From NCBI GenBank assembly GCA_037969545.1, contig JBBKXP010000287.1:1-42475 (forward strand): DNA of 42,475 bases, written 5' to 3'. Origin of the DNA: Paracoccaceae bacterium (GTDB taxonomy: Bacteria; Pseudomonadota; Alphaproteobacteria; Rhodobacterales; Rhodobacteraceae). Under the pieces are notes generated by a model. It was not told the DNA's origin. It searched no databases and worked only from the letters and a program-made list of their open reading frames with translations. Position numbers and translations under genes: made by a program. Below are positions 1 to 9,019 of the stretch, in pieces. The first letter of the stretch is position 1. Each line of letters starts with the position of its first letter.

Positions 1-224
1 AGGTCGATCAGCGCCGGGCCCATTTCCGTGGCCAAGGCGCGAAACCGCGGTTCGAGTTCGGCGGCCATGTCGCGCAGGTCGTCCAGGGCCGGTTCCATTT
101 CGGTCATGATGCCCTTGAAGAATAGCCGGGCACCTTCTTCCATCAGGTTGAACCCGTCGTCGGTGGAGTCCTGCGCGGCAGCGGTGGTGGCCATCAGGGC
201 GAGAATTGCGGCAAGCCTTTTCAT
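1..224 (-). CDS. hypothetical exported protein, 5' part only (ORF continues past the left edge)
   Basis: A reverse-strand ATG at 224-222 opens a frame that stays open to base 1 (MKRLAAILALMATTAAAQDSTDDGFNLMEEGARLFFKG...). The N-terminus looks like a Sec signal peptide. It is absent from the ORF track only because it is open-ended. I prefer it over the Arg/Ser-rich +strand ORF 28..237. No family recognised. Confidence 0.45.
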   Translation of the reverse strand, partial: MKRLAAILALMATTAAAQDSTDDGFNLMEEGARLFFKGIMTEMEPALDDLRDMAAELEPRFRALATEMGPALID

Positions 225-260
225 AACGTCAACATAGGCCAAGCAGAGCGAAACATCAAT

Positions 261-1292
261 TCACGGTGTGACGTCGATGCTGACCGGGAAATGGTCGGAG
301 GCGGTCAGAAGGGCGTTGCGCAGCCGTGGATTGTGATAGCAGTCAGGGTCTTCGAACGGGTGCCAAATATGCCATTTCGGCCCCAGCGCCGCCAGACGCG
401 GCGAGACCATCACATAGTCCAGCAGCGCCGACAGATACCGGCCGTCGGGCGGAATCTTGAACCGTGATGTCGTTGGTGATGCCCCGACCCGCTGGGTCAG
501 CGCCATCCGGGCGTGCGGGTCGATCAGCCGCAGGGCCGCAACCTCGCCTTCGCCCAGAACGATCTCGATACTCGAGCGACCGAACAGTTTTTCATAGTCG
601 TCCAGACCGGGGCCGTCGTTGAAATCGCCCATTACGATCAGGTCGTCGCCCGCCGCAAGGTGCTGCGTGACGCGCTGGCGCAGCCAGATGCATTGGGCCA
701 GTTGCTTGCGGCGGTTCTCGATCCCGATACGCATCATATCGCTGCGATTCTGGGCGCCGTGCGGTGCCTTTGATTTGGCGTGAACGCCGATCAGGCGCAG
801 GGCCTTGCCCTCGGGGGTGGTCAAGGCCACCTCGAGCGGCGGTTTGGACCAGCGGATCAATTCAGGTGTCGCATCCACATCGATATCCCAGCGAAACACC
901 CCGTCAAAGCGGGGGGCGTCGCGGGTGCCTTTTTTGCCGGTGCCTTCGCCAACCGGATCGTGGCGGGCGGTCAGGACAAGCGGATCGTAAAGCAGCATGA
1001 TTTCCTGCTGGGTGTCGCTGGCAAACCCCAGCAGCGCCTTGTTCGCCCGCAGCCGGAACCGCTTGGCGAATGTTTCCAGCGCCTTGGTGCCATTGCGTCC
1101 GCGGTTTGTGTCAGGCGCCTCGATGACCATCACAGCATCGGCATCAAGGGCGCGGAACACCCGGCCCAAGGCGGCAATCTGCTGCCCGCGCTGGATATCG
1201 CGCCGTCCCGACCAGGCATCGTCGTTCAATAGCGATCCGGCGTCATCGAACAGCGAATTGAACCATTCGACGTTGTAGGTCGCCAGTCTCAT
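261..1292 (-). CDS. endonuclease/exonuclease/phosphatase (EEP) family protein
   Basis: ORF 261..1442 trimmed to the ATG at 1292 (MRLATYNVEWFNSLF...), which overlaps the upstream VOC stop in an ATGA junction. N-terminal YNVEW and C-terminal SDHFPV are typical EEP-fold motifs. Confidence 0.8.
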   Translation of the reverse strand: MRLATYNVEWFNSLFDDAGSLLNDDAWSGRRDIQRGQQIAALGRVFRALDADAVMVIEAPDTNRGRNGTKALETFAKRFRLRANKALLGFASDTQQEIMLLYDPLVLTARHDPVGEGTGKKGTRDAPRFDGVFRWDIDVDATPELIRWSKPPLEVALTTPEGKALRLIGVHAKSKAPHGAQNRSDMMRIGIENRRKQLAQCIWLRQRVTQHLAAGDDLIVMGDFNDGPGLDDYEKLFGRSSIEIVLGEGEVAALRLIDPHARMALTQRVGASPTTSRFKIPPDGRYLSALLDYVMVSPRLAALGPKWHIWHPFEDPDCYHNPRLRNALLTASDHFPVSIDVTP

Positions 1293-1627
1293 GGGCGGGC
1301 GTGGCGCGGCTGATAGAATCCGATCCGTGCGCCACCGGGCAGCGTGAAGGCAGACAACAGGCCCCAACCCTCGTCGGTCACTGCGTCGCTGTCGATACCC
1401 TTGGCGGCCAGTGCAGAGCGCGTCGCCACGATGTCGTCGCAAATCAGGTAAAGCTCGTGCGCGCCCGAATTGTCGTGCGGGTGAATGGCCATTTCGGCAG
1501 GTGGCAGGGCAAAGATCAGCCAGCCACCGCCGGTATCGACATGGTGCAGACCCAGCACATCACGAAACAGCGCACGGTCGGCCTTGGCATCGGCGGAATA
1601 GATAACCGTGTGGGCGCCGGTGAACAT
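1289..1627 (-). CDS. VOC (glyoxalase/bleomycin-resistance/dioxygenase) family protein
   Basis: 112-aa ORF. Its size and sequence (MFTGAHTVIYSADAKADRALFRDVLGL...HELYLICDDI...) fit a single VOC domain. It has a 4-nt overlap with the downstream EEP gene. Confidence 0.7.
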   Translation of the reverse strand: MFTGAHTVIYSADAKADRALFRDVLGLHHVDTGGGWLIFALPPAEMAIHPHDNSGAHELYLICDDIVATRSALAAKGIDSDAVTDEGWGLLSAFTLPGGARIGFYQPRHARP

Positions 1628-1644
1628 GGTTGGACTCCTTGCGG

Positions 1645-2325
1645 CTAGGGGCGTTGCGCGTTGATCTGTTCCCAGGCCCGGTTCACCGCCACGAGCCGTT
1701 TCTCGGCCAGTTTGATCGCCTCTTTCGGCAAGCCACGGGCAATCAACTGATCGGGGTGACTGTCGCGCACAGCCTTGCGCCAGGCGGCGCGGATCATGTC
1801 CGGATCGGTGTCTTGATCGACACCCAGCACATCGTAGGGATCGCGTTCCGCGTCGGCTACGAACTGGGCGCGAATGCGACCGAAACGCTTGTCATCAAAG
1901 CCGAATATCGCGGCAACCCGGTTCAGGAACGCATCCTCGGCCGGGTGATAACTGCCATCGGCAATCGCGATATGAAACAACCCTTCCATGACATCGCACA
2001 GCGGTGCGGTGTCATCTGCGAACATCGCGGCGATCCGGGCGGCGTAATCCTCGAATCCGGCGATATCCTGGCGGGCAAGGTTGAACACCTTGGCGGCATT
2101 GGCCTCGTCTTCGGGGCGTATGGTAAACACCTCGCGAAAGGCCGTGACCTCGTCGCGTGTCACCTGCCCGTCGGCTTTAGCCATTTTGGCGCCGAGACCG
2201 ATCACTGCGATAGCGAATGCGACCGACCTTTCGGGCGGCGAGCGCAGCTTTTCGAAGATTGCAGAAAGCCCCTCGCCCGCCGAGAGGGCAGAGATTGCGT
2301 CGGCAATGCGTGACCAGAGTGACAT
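1645..2325 (-). CDS. TerB-domain / J-domain co-chaperone (DjlA-like)
   Basis: 226-aa ORF. The N-terminal part is tellurite-resistance TerB-like (KADGQVTRDEV...IAIADGSYHPAEDAFL). The C-terminal J domain carries the HPD motif (DPYDVLGV...RDSHPDQL). Confidence 0.8.
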   Translation of the reverse strand: MSLWSRIADAISALSAGEGLSAIFEKLRSPPERSVAFAIAVIGLGAKMAKADGQVTRDEVTAFREVFTIRPEDEANAAKVFNLARQDIAGFEDYAARIAAMFADDTAPLCDVMEGLFHIAIADGSYHPAEDAFLNRVAAIFGFDDKRFGRIRAQFVADAERDPYDVLGVDQDTDPDMIRAAWRKAVRDSHPDQLIARGLPKEAIKLAEKRLVAVNRAWEQINAQRP

Positions 2326-2356
2326 GCGGAAACCTTAACTGGGGCGACTCCGGATG

Positions 2357-2827
2357 TCAGAGCCGTTTTTGCATCAAGACCAGATCTATCCAGCGCCCGA
2401 ATTTATAGCCGACTTCGGGCAAGGTGGCGATTTCGGTGAACCCCAGCCCGGCGTGAAATTTCACCCCGGGCGGATTTTCGGCGCTGATCCCGGCGAGAAG
2501 GCTGTGCATGCCCGCGCCCCGTGCATGATCGCAAAGCGCCAGCATCAACGCCCGCCCGATCCCACGCCCCCGCGCGTCGGCGTGCAAAAGGATCGTGTGT
2601 TCGGCGGTATGGGCATAGCCTAACCCACCCCGAAACTGGAAATACCGCGCAAAGCCAAGGACGTTGTCATCCTCGTCCCAGATCAGACAGGGTGTGGCTT
2701 CGATCAGGGCGGCGACCTCGTCGTGTGTCTTTTACCCCGGGTTAAAGGTGATTGTGGTATAGCGGATTGCAGCATTACAGATGGCCGCGACAGCTGCGGC
2801 GTCGCCGGCGATGGCGTGGCGGATCAT
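2357..2827 (-). pseudogene. GNAT N-acetyltransferase (phosphinothricin-acetyltransferase-like) with an in-frame TAA at codon 32
   Basis: From the ATG at 2827 the frame reads MIRHAIAGDAAAVAAICNAAIRYTTITFNPG, then TAA at 2734-2732. The same frame then continues KTHDEVAALIEATPCLIWDEDDNVLGFARYFQFRGG...HADARGRGIGRALM...QKRL to 2357. The track ORF 2357..2587 is only the C-terminal half, starting at a TTG. Confidence 0.6.
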
Positions 2828-3432
2828 GGCAGGGTCTTTTCGCCGCTGGGGGTGTCGAATGTTGCTATCAGCTGAACTTTCGGCGCGGTTTCAAATCGGA
2901 TCCGCGGGTCTTGCAGAGCGGCGGTCGAAGTCTGCAACGCCGCGGCGTCGGGGTGCAGAATTGTCAGCCCGGTAAGGGCACACCCACTGGCCGGCAAGTT
3001 CCGACCGGGCGGCGTGATACCACGCCCCCAGGTGATGAGGGTCGGAAAGCCGCCGTCGTGGGGCAGGCTGCCATCGGGCGGCACGGCGATTTGCCAGCGG
3101 AGTGCGCCGCGTTGCATCGGCACAACTTGACCTAAGCTGGGGAAATCGGCCAGCGCGGTGGACAGTTCCGGCACCCGGACAATCCAGTTGGCCATGCGTG
3201 GCGGGCCACTGAATTGGGCCAGACCGAACCAACTTTCGGTCGCGCTGGCCTCGGGATCGACCGCAATAACCTCGAGATAGAGGCCGCCTGCCAGCCCGAG
3301 CAATCGGTTGTGGGTTCCGAAACGGGCATGCTTGCCGCCTGCCAGCAGCGGCACACCAAGAGTCTGTTCGACCCATGCGGCACCCGTCGCAAGATCGCTG
3401 CAACCGACAGCGATGTGATCCAGTTCCCACAT
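2824..3432 (-). CDS. VOC/glyoxalase-like domain protein
   Basis: ORF 2824..3489 trimmed to the ATG at 3432 (MWELDHIAVGCSDLATGAAWVEQTLGV...). The DHIAV start motif is typical of VOC-fold proteins. The stop overlaps the GNAT ATG (ATGA). Confidence 0.65.
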   Translation of the reverse strand: MWELDHIAVGCSDLATGAAWVEQTLGVPLLAGGKHARFGTHNRLLGLAGGLYLEVIAVDPEASATESWFGLAQFSGPPRMANWIVRVPELSTALADFPSLGQVVPMQRGALRWQIAVPPDGSLPHDGGFPTLITWGRGITPPGRNLPASGCALTGLTILHPDAAALQTSTAALQDPRIRFETAPKVQLIATFDTPSGEKTLP

Positions 3433-3542
3433 ATTGACCTCTTTGGGTGACTTTGGGTCAGCAAAACCGGCAACAGGCTGTTGATGCAAGTCCTAACGTG
3501 CCTATCTTCAACGGATCATCAGCCAATCAATCGGGAAATCCA

Positions 3543-4742
3543 ATGGCCCTGTCTGCTGCTCTCGACCGTTTCCTCAGGCATCAGGCTTTTGGGGGCATTC
3601 TGTTAATGATTTCGGCCGTTGCCGCGCTGCTGGTCGCCAATTCTGCCCTCGCCCCGATCTATGACGGTGTCCTTGAATCCTATCTGGCGATCACGTTGAA
3701 CGGTGAAGGGCTGCAAAAGCCGCTGATCCTGTGGATCAACGACGGGCTGATGGCGGTGTTCTTTTTCCTGATCGGGCTGGAACTCAAGCGCGAAATGCTT
3801 GAAGGCAAGCTGAAGAACCCATCCGATGTCGTGCTTCCGGGCATGGCGGCGGTGGGCGGCATGGCGGTTCCCGCGCTGGTGTTCGTCTGGTTCAACTGGG
3901 GACTTGCCTCGGTCGAGGGCTGGGCGATTCCGGCTGCGACAGATATCGCTTTTGCGCTGGGAATACTGGCGCTGGTGGGGTCACGCGCCCCGGCTGCGCT
4001 CAAGGTGTTCCTGTTGACGCTGGCAATTCTGGACGATCTGGGCGCGATCCTGATTATCGCGCTGTTTTACACGGCGGACCTCAAGGTTGATTACCTGTTG
4101 CTGGCGCTGCTGCCGCTGGCCGGCCTCCTGTGGCTGAATTACAAGGGCGCGCACCGGATTGCGCCGGCACTTCTACTGGGCGCTGTGATGTGGTTTCTGG
4201 TACTGAAATCGGGCGTGCATGCGACACTTGCCGGCGTTGTCACCGCGTTCTGCATTCCGCTGGTCGACAAGTACGGAAAGTCGCCGCTTCATTCGCTGGA
4301 ACATGGACTGACACCCTATGTCAATTACGGCATCCTGCCGATCTTTGCCTTTGCCAACGCCGGGGTGGTTCTGGCGGGCATGTCGTTTGGCGATCTGCTG
4401 GCGCCGCTGCCGCTGGGTATTGCGCTGGGGCTGATCTTGGGCAAGCAGATCGGGGTCTTTGGCATCACGTGGGCGATCGTCAGACTGGGACTGGCGCGGC
4501 TACCGCACGGGGTTGGCTGGGCGCATGTTTACGGCGTTGCCTGTCTGGCAGGGATCGGGTTCACCATGTCATTGTTCATCGGGTCGCTCAGTTTTCAGGA
4601 TGCGACGCTGATGAACGACGTGCGAATGGGCGTGCTGTCGGGTTCGGTCGTGTCGATGCTGCTGGGCTACAGTGTGCTGATGTGGGCCGGGCGGGCGGAG
4701 TCCAAGCAAGTCAGCGACGCCGCGTCGCCCAAAACCGTCTGA
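3543..4742 (+). CDS. nhaA: Na+/H+ antiporter NhaA
   Basis: ORF 3447..4742 trimmed to the ATG at 3543 (MALSAALDRFLRHQAFGGILLMISAVAALLVANS...), giving 399 aa. The conserved NhaA stretches WINDGLMAVFFFLIGLELKRE and ILDDLGAILIIALFYT are present. Confidence 0.9.
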   Translation: MALSAALDRFLRHQAFGGILLMISAVAALLVANSALAPIYDGVLESYLAITLNGEGLQKPLILWINDGLMAVFFFLIGLELKREMLEGKLKNPSDVVLPGMAAVGGMAVPALVFVWFNWGLASVEGWAIPAATDIAFALGILALVGSRAPAALKVFLLTLAILDDLGAILIIALFYTADLKVDYLLLALLPLAGLLWLNYKGAHRIAPALLLGAVMWFLVLKSGVHATLAGVVTAFCIPLVDKYGKSPLHSLEHGLTPYVNYGILPIFAFANAGVVLAGMSFGDLLAPLPLGIALGLILGKQIGVFGITWAIVRLGLARLPHGVGWAHVYGVACLAGIGFTMSLFIGSLSFQDATLMNDVRMGVLSGSVVSMLLGYSVLMWAGRAESKQVSDAASPKTV

Positions 4743-4744
4743 AC

Positions 4745-5227
4745 CTACACCAAAAGCCCCGCGACGGCCGATATCCCAGCAAGGATCGTGGGGTAAAATG
4801 TCGCCGCAAAGCCGAACCCGCGCAGTGGCGGCGAGACGTGATACCCGACCCAGAACGCAATCCGCGCGAAGGCAAATCCGACGCCCAGCGCCACCGCCAC
4901 GCCTGGACCGTGAACCTGCGCCGCAAGCGGCCAGATGCACAGGGCCAACACGATCTGTTCGGCTGTGTTGTTGAGCACCTTCTGGTCGTTGGATGCGGCG
5001 CTGTTGGGCGCAAATGGCTGCCCGTCGATGATCGCGTTGTCGAAAAATCGCCGCTGCGCCAAACGCCCGATCATCGCCAGCAACACGATGCCAGGCGGAA
5101 ACACCGCCATCGGCAAGGCAATGTCGTCGGGCCCATACCAGAGTGGCGGACCAAACCGCAGCAGGACAAGCCCCCAGATAAGACCCGCCGCCATACCGAC
5201 CAGAATGACCGGTCGCTTGCGCGTCAT
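4745..5227 (-). CDS. MAPEG family membrane protein
   Basis: ORF 4745..5359 trimmed to the ATG at 5227 ([15 protein letters not shown]...), which overlaps the mutase stop (ATGA). It encodes about 160 aa with 4 hydrophobic segments; the NTAEQ and ARIAFWVGY regions are MAPEG-like. Confidence 0.65.
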   Translation of the reverse strand: MTRKRPVILVGMAAGLIWGLVLLRFGPPLWYGPDDIALPMAVFPPGIVLLAMIGRLAQRRFFDNAIIDGQPFAPNSAASNDQKVLNNTAEQIVLALCIWPLAAQVHGPGVAVALGVGFAFARIAFWVGYHVSPPLRGFGFAATFYPTILAGISAVAGLLV

Positions 5228-7350
5228 GGTCGTTTCGCGCGGATCATTTTCAGCACCTCTGACGCCGCCGTGGGGATATTCGTGCCGGGGCCAAAGATTG
5301 CCGCGACACCAGCCTTTTTCAACGCCGCATGGTCCTGCTGCGGGATCACGCCGCCGCAAATGACCATGATGTCATCGGCGCCGACCGCCCGAAGTGCCGC
5401 GACCAGTTTCGGAGCAAGGGTCTTGTGCCCGGCCGCCTGACTGGAAATCCCCACGACGTGCACGTCACGCGCCAGCGCGTCTGCCGCCGCCTCGTCCGGG
5501 GTCTGGAACAGCGGGCCGACATCGACATCAAAGCCGATATCGGCAAAGGCCGAAGCGATGATCTTGGCGCCCCGGTCGTGCCCGTCCTGCCCCATCTTGA
5601 CGACCAGCATATGCGGGCGGCGGCCGTTCTCGTTGGCAAATGCCGCAACGTCGGCCTGAATCGCCTCGAACCCGGCATCGCCCTTATAGGCGGCACCATA
5701 AACGCCTGAGAGCGTTTTCACTTCGGCACTGTGGCGGCCAAAGACATTTTCCATCGCGGCGCTTATCTCGCCCACGGTGGCGCGGGCGCGGGCGGCGACA
5801 ATTGCCGCCTCGAGCAAGTTGCCGCCATCGCGGGCGCGGCGGGTCATTTCGGTCAGGGCGGCCTCGCAGGCCGCCACATCGCGGGTGCCCTTGATGTGTT
5901 GCAACCGGGCGATCTGGTTGGCCCGCACCCCGGCGTTGTCGATATTGCGGATGTCGATCGGGTCTTGCCCGTCAAGGCGGTATTTGTTGACGCCGACGAT
6001 CACCTCGGCCCCCTGATCAATCTTGGCCTGGCGTTTGGCCGCGGATTCCTCGATCCGCAGTTTCGGCATACCCGATGCGACGGCCTTGGTCATGCCGCCC
6101 ATCGCCTCGACCTCTTCCACCAACTTCCACGCCTCTTCGGCCATCTGGTGGGTCAGGGTTTCGATGTAATAACTGCCCGCCAGCGGGTCGACGACATGGG
6201 TGATCCCTGTTTCCTCTTGCAGGATCAGTTGGGTGTTGCGGGCGATCCGGGCGGAAAATTCCGTCGGCAAGGCCATCGCCTCGTCCAGCGCGTTGGTGTG
6301 CAGCGACTGGGTGCCGCCCAGCACCGCGCTCAGCGCCTCGTAAGCGGTGCGGATGACGTTGTTGTAGGGGTCCTGTTCCTGCAGGCTGACACCGCTGGTC
6401 TGGCAATGGGTGCGCAGCATCGAAGATTTCGGGTCTTTCGGCGCAAATTCCTGCATCACCCGGGACCAGAGCAGGCGGGCGGCACGCAGTTTGGCAACTT
6501 CCATGAAAAAGTTCATGCCGATGGCGAAAAAGAACGACAGGCGGGGGGCGAAATCGTCGACGTCCATGCCCCGGGCAAGAGCGGTGCGGACGTATTCGCG
6601 CCCGTCAGCGATGGTAAAGGCGAGTTCCTGCACCAGGTTCGCCCCGGCCTCTTGCATGTGATAGCCGCTGATGCTGATAGAGTTGAATTTCGGCATCCGG
6701 GCGGCGGTGTATTCGATGATGTCGGCGACGATCCGCATCGAGGGTTCGGGCGGATAAACGTAAGTGTTGCGGACCATGAATTCCTTGAGGATGTCGTTCT
6801 GGATGGTGCCCGAGAGTTGCGCCTGATCGTGCCCCTGTTCCTCGCCTGCGACGATGAAGGCGGCCAGCACCGGGATCACCGCGCCGTTCATCGTCATCGA
6901 CACAGAAACCTTGTCGAGCGGAATGCCGTCAAACAGGAGTTTCATATCCTCGACGGAATCGATGGCGACGCCGGCCATGCCGACATCGCCCTCGACCCGC
7001 TCCTGGTCGCTGTCGTAGCCGCGATGGGTTGCCAGATCGAAAGCGACGCTGACCCCCTGCTGGCCGCCGGCCAGGTTCTTGCGGTAAAACGCATTGGATT
7101 CCTCGGCGGTGGAAAACCCGGCGTATTGCCGGATTGTCCAGGGCCGCCCGGCATACATCGTTGCCTTGACACCGCGCAGATAAGGCGCGGCGCCGGGGTT
7201 GCCATCAAGATGCGGCAGGCCGACGGTGTCGGCGGCGGTATAAAGCGGCTTGACCGGGATCCCCTCAAGGGTCTGCCACGTCAGGCTGTCAGGCGATTGG
7301 CCCTTCAGGTCGCGGGCGGCAAGGTCAGCCCAGGTGTCCTTGTTCGGCAT
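5224..7350 (-). CDS. scpA: methylmalonyl-CoA mutase (single large-subunit type, with C-terminal B12-binding domain)
   Basis: 708-aa ORF. It has the N-terminal (beta/alpha)8 mutase domain ([39 protein letters not shown]) and a C-terminal cobalamin-binding DxHxxG motif ([13 protein letters not shown]). Confidence 0.93.
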   Translation of the reverse strand: MPNKDTWADLAARDLKGQSPDSLTWQTLEGIPVKPLYTAADTVGLPHLDGNPGAAPYLRGVKATMYAGRPWTIRQYAGFSTAEESNAFYRKNLAGGQQGVSVAFDLATHRGYDSDQERVEGDVGMAGVAIDSVEDMKLLFDGIPLDKVSVSMTMNGAVIPVLAAFIVAGEEQGHDQAQLSGTIQNDILKEFMVRNTYVYPPEPSMRIVADIIEYTAARMPKFNSISISGYHMQEAGANLVQELAFTIADGREYVRTALARGMDVDDFAPRLSFFFAIGMNFFMEVAKLRAARLLWSRVMQEFAPKDPKSSMLRTHCQTSGVSLQEQDPYNNVIRTAYEALSAVLGGTQSLHTNALDEAMALPTEFSARIARNTQLILQEETGITHVVDPLAGSYYIETLTHQMAEEAWKLVEEVEAMGGMTKAVASGMPKLRIEESAAKRQAKIDQGAEVIVGVNKYRLDGQDPIDIRNIDNAGVRANQIARLQHIKGTRDVAACEAALTEMTRRARDGGNLLEAAIVAARARATVGEISAAMENVFGRHSAEVKTLSGVYGAAYKGDAGFEAIQADVAAFANENGRRPHMLVVKMGQDGHDRGAKIIASAFADIGFDVDVGPLFQTPDEAAADALARDVHVVGISSQAAGHKTLAPKLVAALRAVGADDIMVICGGVIPQQDHAALKKAGVAAIFGPGTNIPTAASEVLKMIRAKRP

Positions 7351-8389
7351 GGCGGGTTCCTCCGGCTGATGGGCGGCGTGGCTGTACCGCCCCGATGTTG
7401 ACGTTCGTCGCTGTCAGGTCGGTTCCTTGGGTGATGGCCGCGCCGGTCGTTGCCGGGCGGATGGTATCGTTTTCGATCAGCTGGGCAAGGCCGCCGGCGC
7501 CATCGCGCAGCCACGCCAGATCGGCCTGATACTGGGCGCGCAAAGTCGCCCGCTGAATGTCGTCGAAGGGCATCCAGCGATCGCATCCGGCTGGCAGAGT
7601 TGCAGGTTCGCCGCGCCCGTCGAGGATATCGCGCAACCGGTTCAAGCGCGGGCTGGGGTTTTGCCATTCGCGGCAACCCGAAAGGACACGCCCGGCAGAC
7701 TGCCCGGCGGTCAGGATCGCCAGTTGCCGGTCAGGTTGCGCGGCGAAACGTTCGAAAGGCCAGACCAGAATTTCAGCCCCCGGCAGCGTTGCCGCAAGTT
7801 CGCGGACGATGTCGCGCCAACGCCGGGGCTGGGCGACAAGACTGTGCAGCAGCGCAGCATCGGGCACCCGATGGCCGCGGCTGACCGCGTCAGCCAGCAT
7901 CGAGGCCCAAAAGCTGTCATAGGACCGGATCGCCAGCCCGATCCGGATGCGATCGCCGTTGAATGCGGCGCGAAAACGGGCCAGCCGCTGATCAAGCTGG
8001 GGATAAAGTTGCCGCTGCCGCAGGTTGTCGCGTCAGGTGCCGTTCATGTCGGCCGCCGACACGATCAACTGGCGTGTACCGCCATTTTCGGCGCGGGCGA
8101 CTTCGATCCGGATCAGGCCGGTGGCACGTTGGGCACGGCGGCTTGTCGTCGTGGTCGGCGCGCCGGTCATGCCGTTGAACAGTCCGGTGCGGGTGCGGGC
8201 GGGCAGCCAGAGGTCAATGCCCGCCGTCGCCAGCGTATCGGCATTGCGCCCCAGAAAGGTCTGCAGCGTCGTCGTCGCGCAGCGGTGCGCCCCAAGATGC
8301 AAGATAACGTCCACGGCCCGGCCCGCCCCTGTTGTTGCCGCGCGGCCCTTTGCCCTGCGGGGAATGAAAGCGCCGATCATGTCAGACAT
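7325..8389 (-). pseudogene. hypothetical (sulfotransferase-like N-terminus) gene interrupted by an in-frame TGA
   Basis: Track ORFs 8033..8389 and 7325..7900 are in the same frame (8389-7900 = 489 nt). They are separated only by TGA at 8035-8033. Coding-like sequence continues directly after it (...SAADMNGT*RDNLRQRQLYPQLDQRLARFRAAFNGDRIRIGLAIRSYDSFWASMLADAV...). The family assignment is weak: VILHLGAHRCATTTLQ resembles a sulfotransferase phosphate-binding loop. Confidence 0.5.
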
Positions 8390-8478
8390 TTTCTGACCAT
8401 CGCCCTAATCGTAAAATTGTTCGCTTGTGACACGACTTGGGCTTAGATTCCGGATGCAAAGAGCCTATATCGCTGTTT

Positions 8479-9015
8479 ATGAGAAGTGTTCTGAAACTGC
8501 TACCGACGATTGTATTCATTGGGCTATTGCCGTGTCTTGCGGCCGCACAGACGGTTGCAAGCAGCGCTGATGCAGTCATTGATCCAGGCGAGGCTTTGAC
8601 GGCTCTTGACCGATGGCGGGCCGATCGGACGCAAATATTTGCCGCCGAGGACCTGGATTTGAACCAGTTCGTCTGGCAGGCCCGGCCATTGGTCGTGTTT
8701 GCGGACAGCCGGGAAGACACGAATTTCAGTCGCGAGATGATCTTGCTGACCCGGCGCATCGCCGATCTGGCCGAACGTGACGTCATCGTCATCACCGATA
8801 CCGACCCGGCCAATCCCAGTGCCATCCGCACGATGATGCGCCCGCGCGGGTTCATGCTGGCTCTTGTCGACAAGGACGGCCGTGTGGTGCTGCGCAAGCC
8901 GAGCCCCTGGGATGTGCGCGAACTGACCCGCTGGATCGACAAATCGACCAGTCGGCAGGAAGAAGTGCGCGAACGCCGCGAGACCGAAACCCTGCTACCA
9001 GAAGTCGCACAATGA
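8479..9015 (+). CDS. DUF4174 domain-containing exported protein
   Basis: ORF 8437..9015 trimmed to the ATG at 8479 (MRSVLKLLPTIVFIGLLPCLAAAQ = signal peptide). The core ARPLVVFADSREDTNF...LAERDVIVITDTDP matches my recollection of DUF4174. Confidence 0.65.
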   Translation: MRSVLKLLPTIVFIGLLPCLAAAQTVASSADAVIDPGEALTALDRWRADRTQIFAAEDLDLNQFVWQARPLVVFADSREDTNFSREMILLTRRIADLAERDVIVITDTDPANPSAIRTMMRPRGFMLALVDKDGRVVLRKPSPWDVRELTRWIDKSTSRQEEVRERRETETLLPEVAQ

Positions 9016-9019
9016 TCCA

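Noticed and set aside
28-237. 69-aa +strand ORF at the left edge
   Set aside because: It is Arg/Ser-rich. The opposite strand carries an open-ended ORF with a convincing signal peptide starting at 224.
5731-7401. 556-aa +strand ORF antisense to the methylmalonyl-CoA mutase gene
   Set aside because: It is Arg/Gly/Ala/His-rich and low in complexity, with no recognisable domain, while the opposite strand encodes an unmistakable mutase. This is a typical shadow ORF of high-GC DNA. The same reasoning applies to 4130..5440, 10412..12610 (antisense to pccA), 14558..16357 (antisense to pccB), 20704..22281 (antisense to betA/betB), 23829..24716, 27603..28682, 28877..29704, 31911..32942 and 36895..38025.
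8033-8035. Selenocysteine or programmed read-through at the in-frame TGA
   Set aside because: I could find no SECIS-like hairpin in the ~40 nt downstream, only a direct repeat CAGCGGC. The protein family is not a known selenoprotein. A pseudogene or base-call error is more parsimonious.
2732-8035. An alternative genetic code as the explanation for the two in-frame stops (TAA at 2732-2734, TGA at 8033-8035)
   Set aside because: TGA, TAA and TAG all terminate well-supported genes at the expected lengths in this same window (e.g. mutase TGA, 48-aa lipoprotein TAA, pccA TAG). The standard bacterial code applies.
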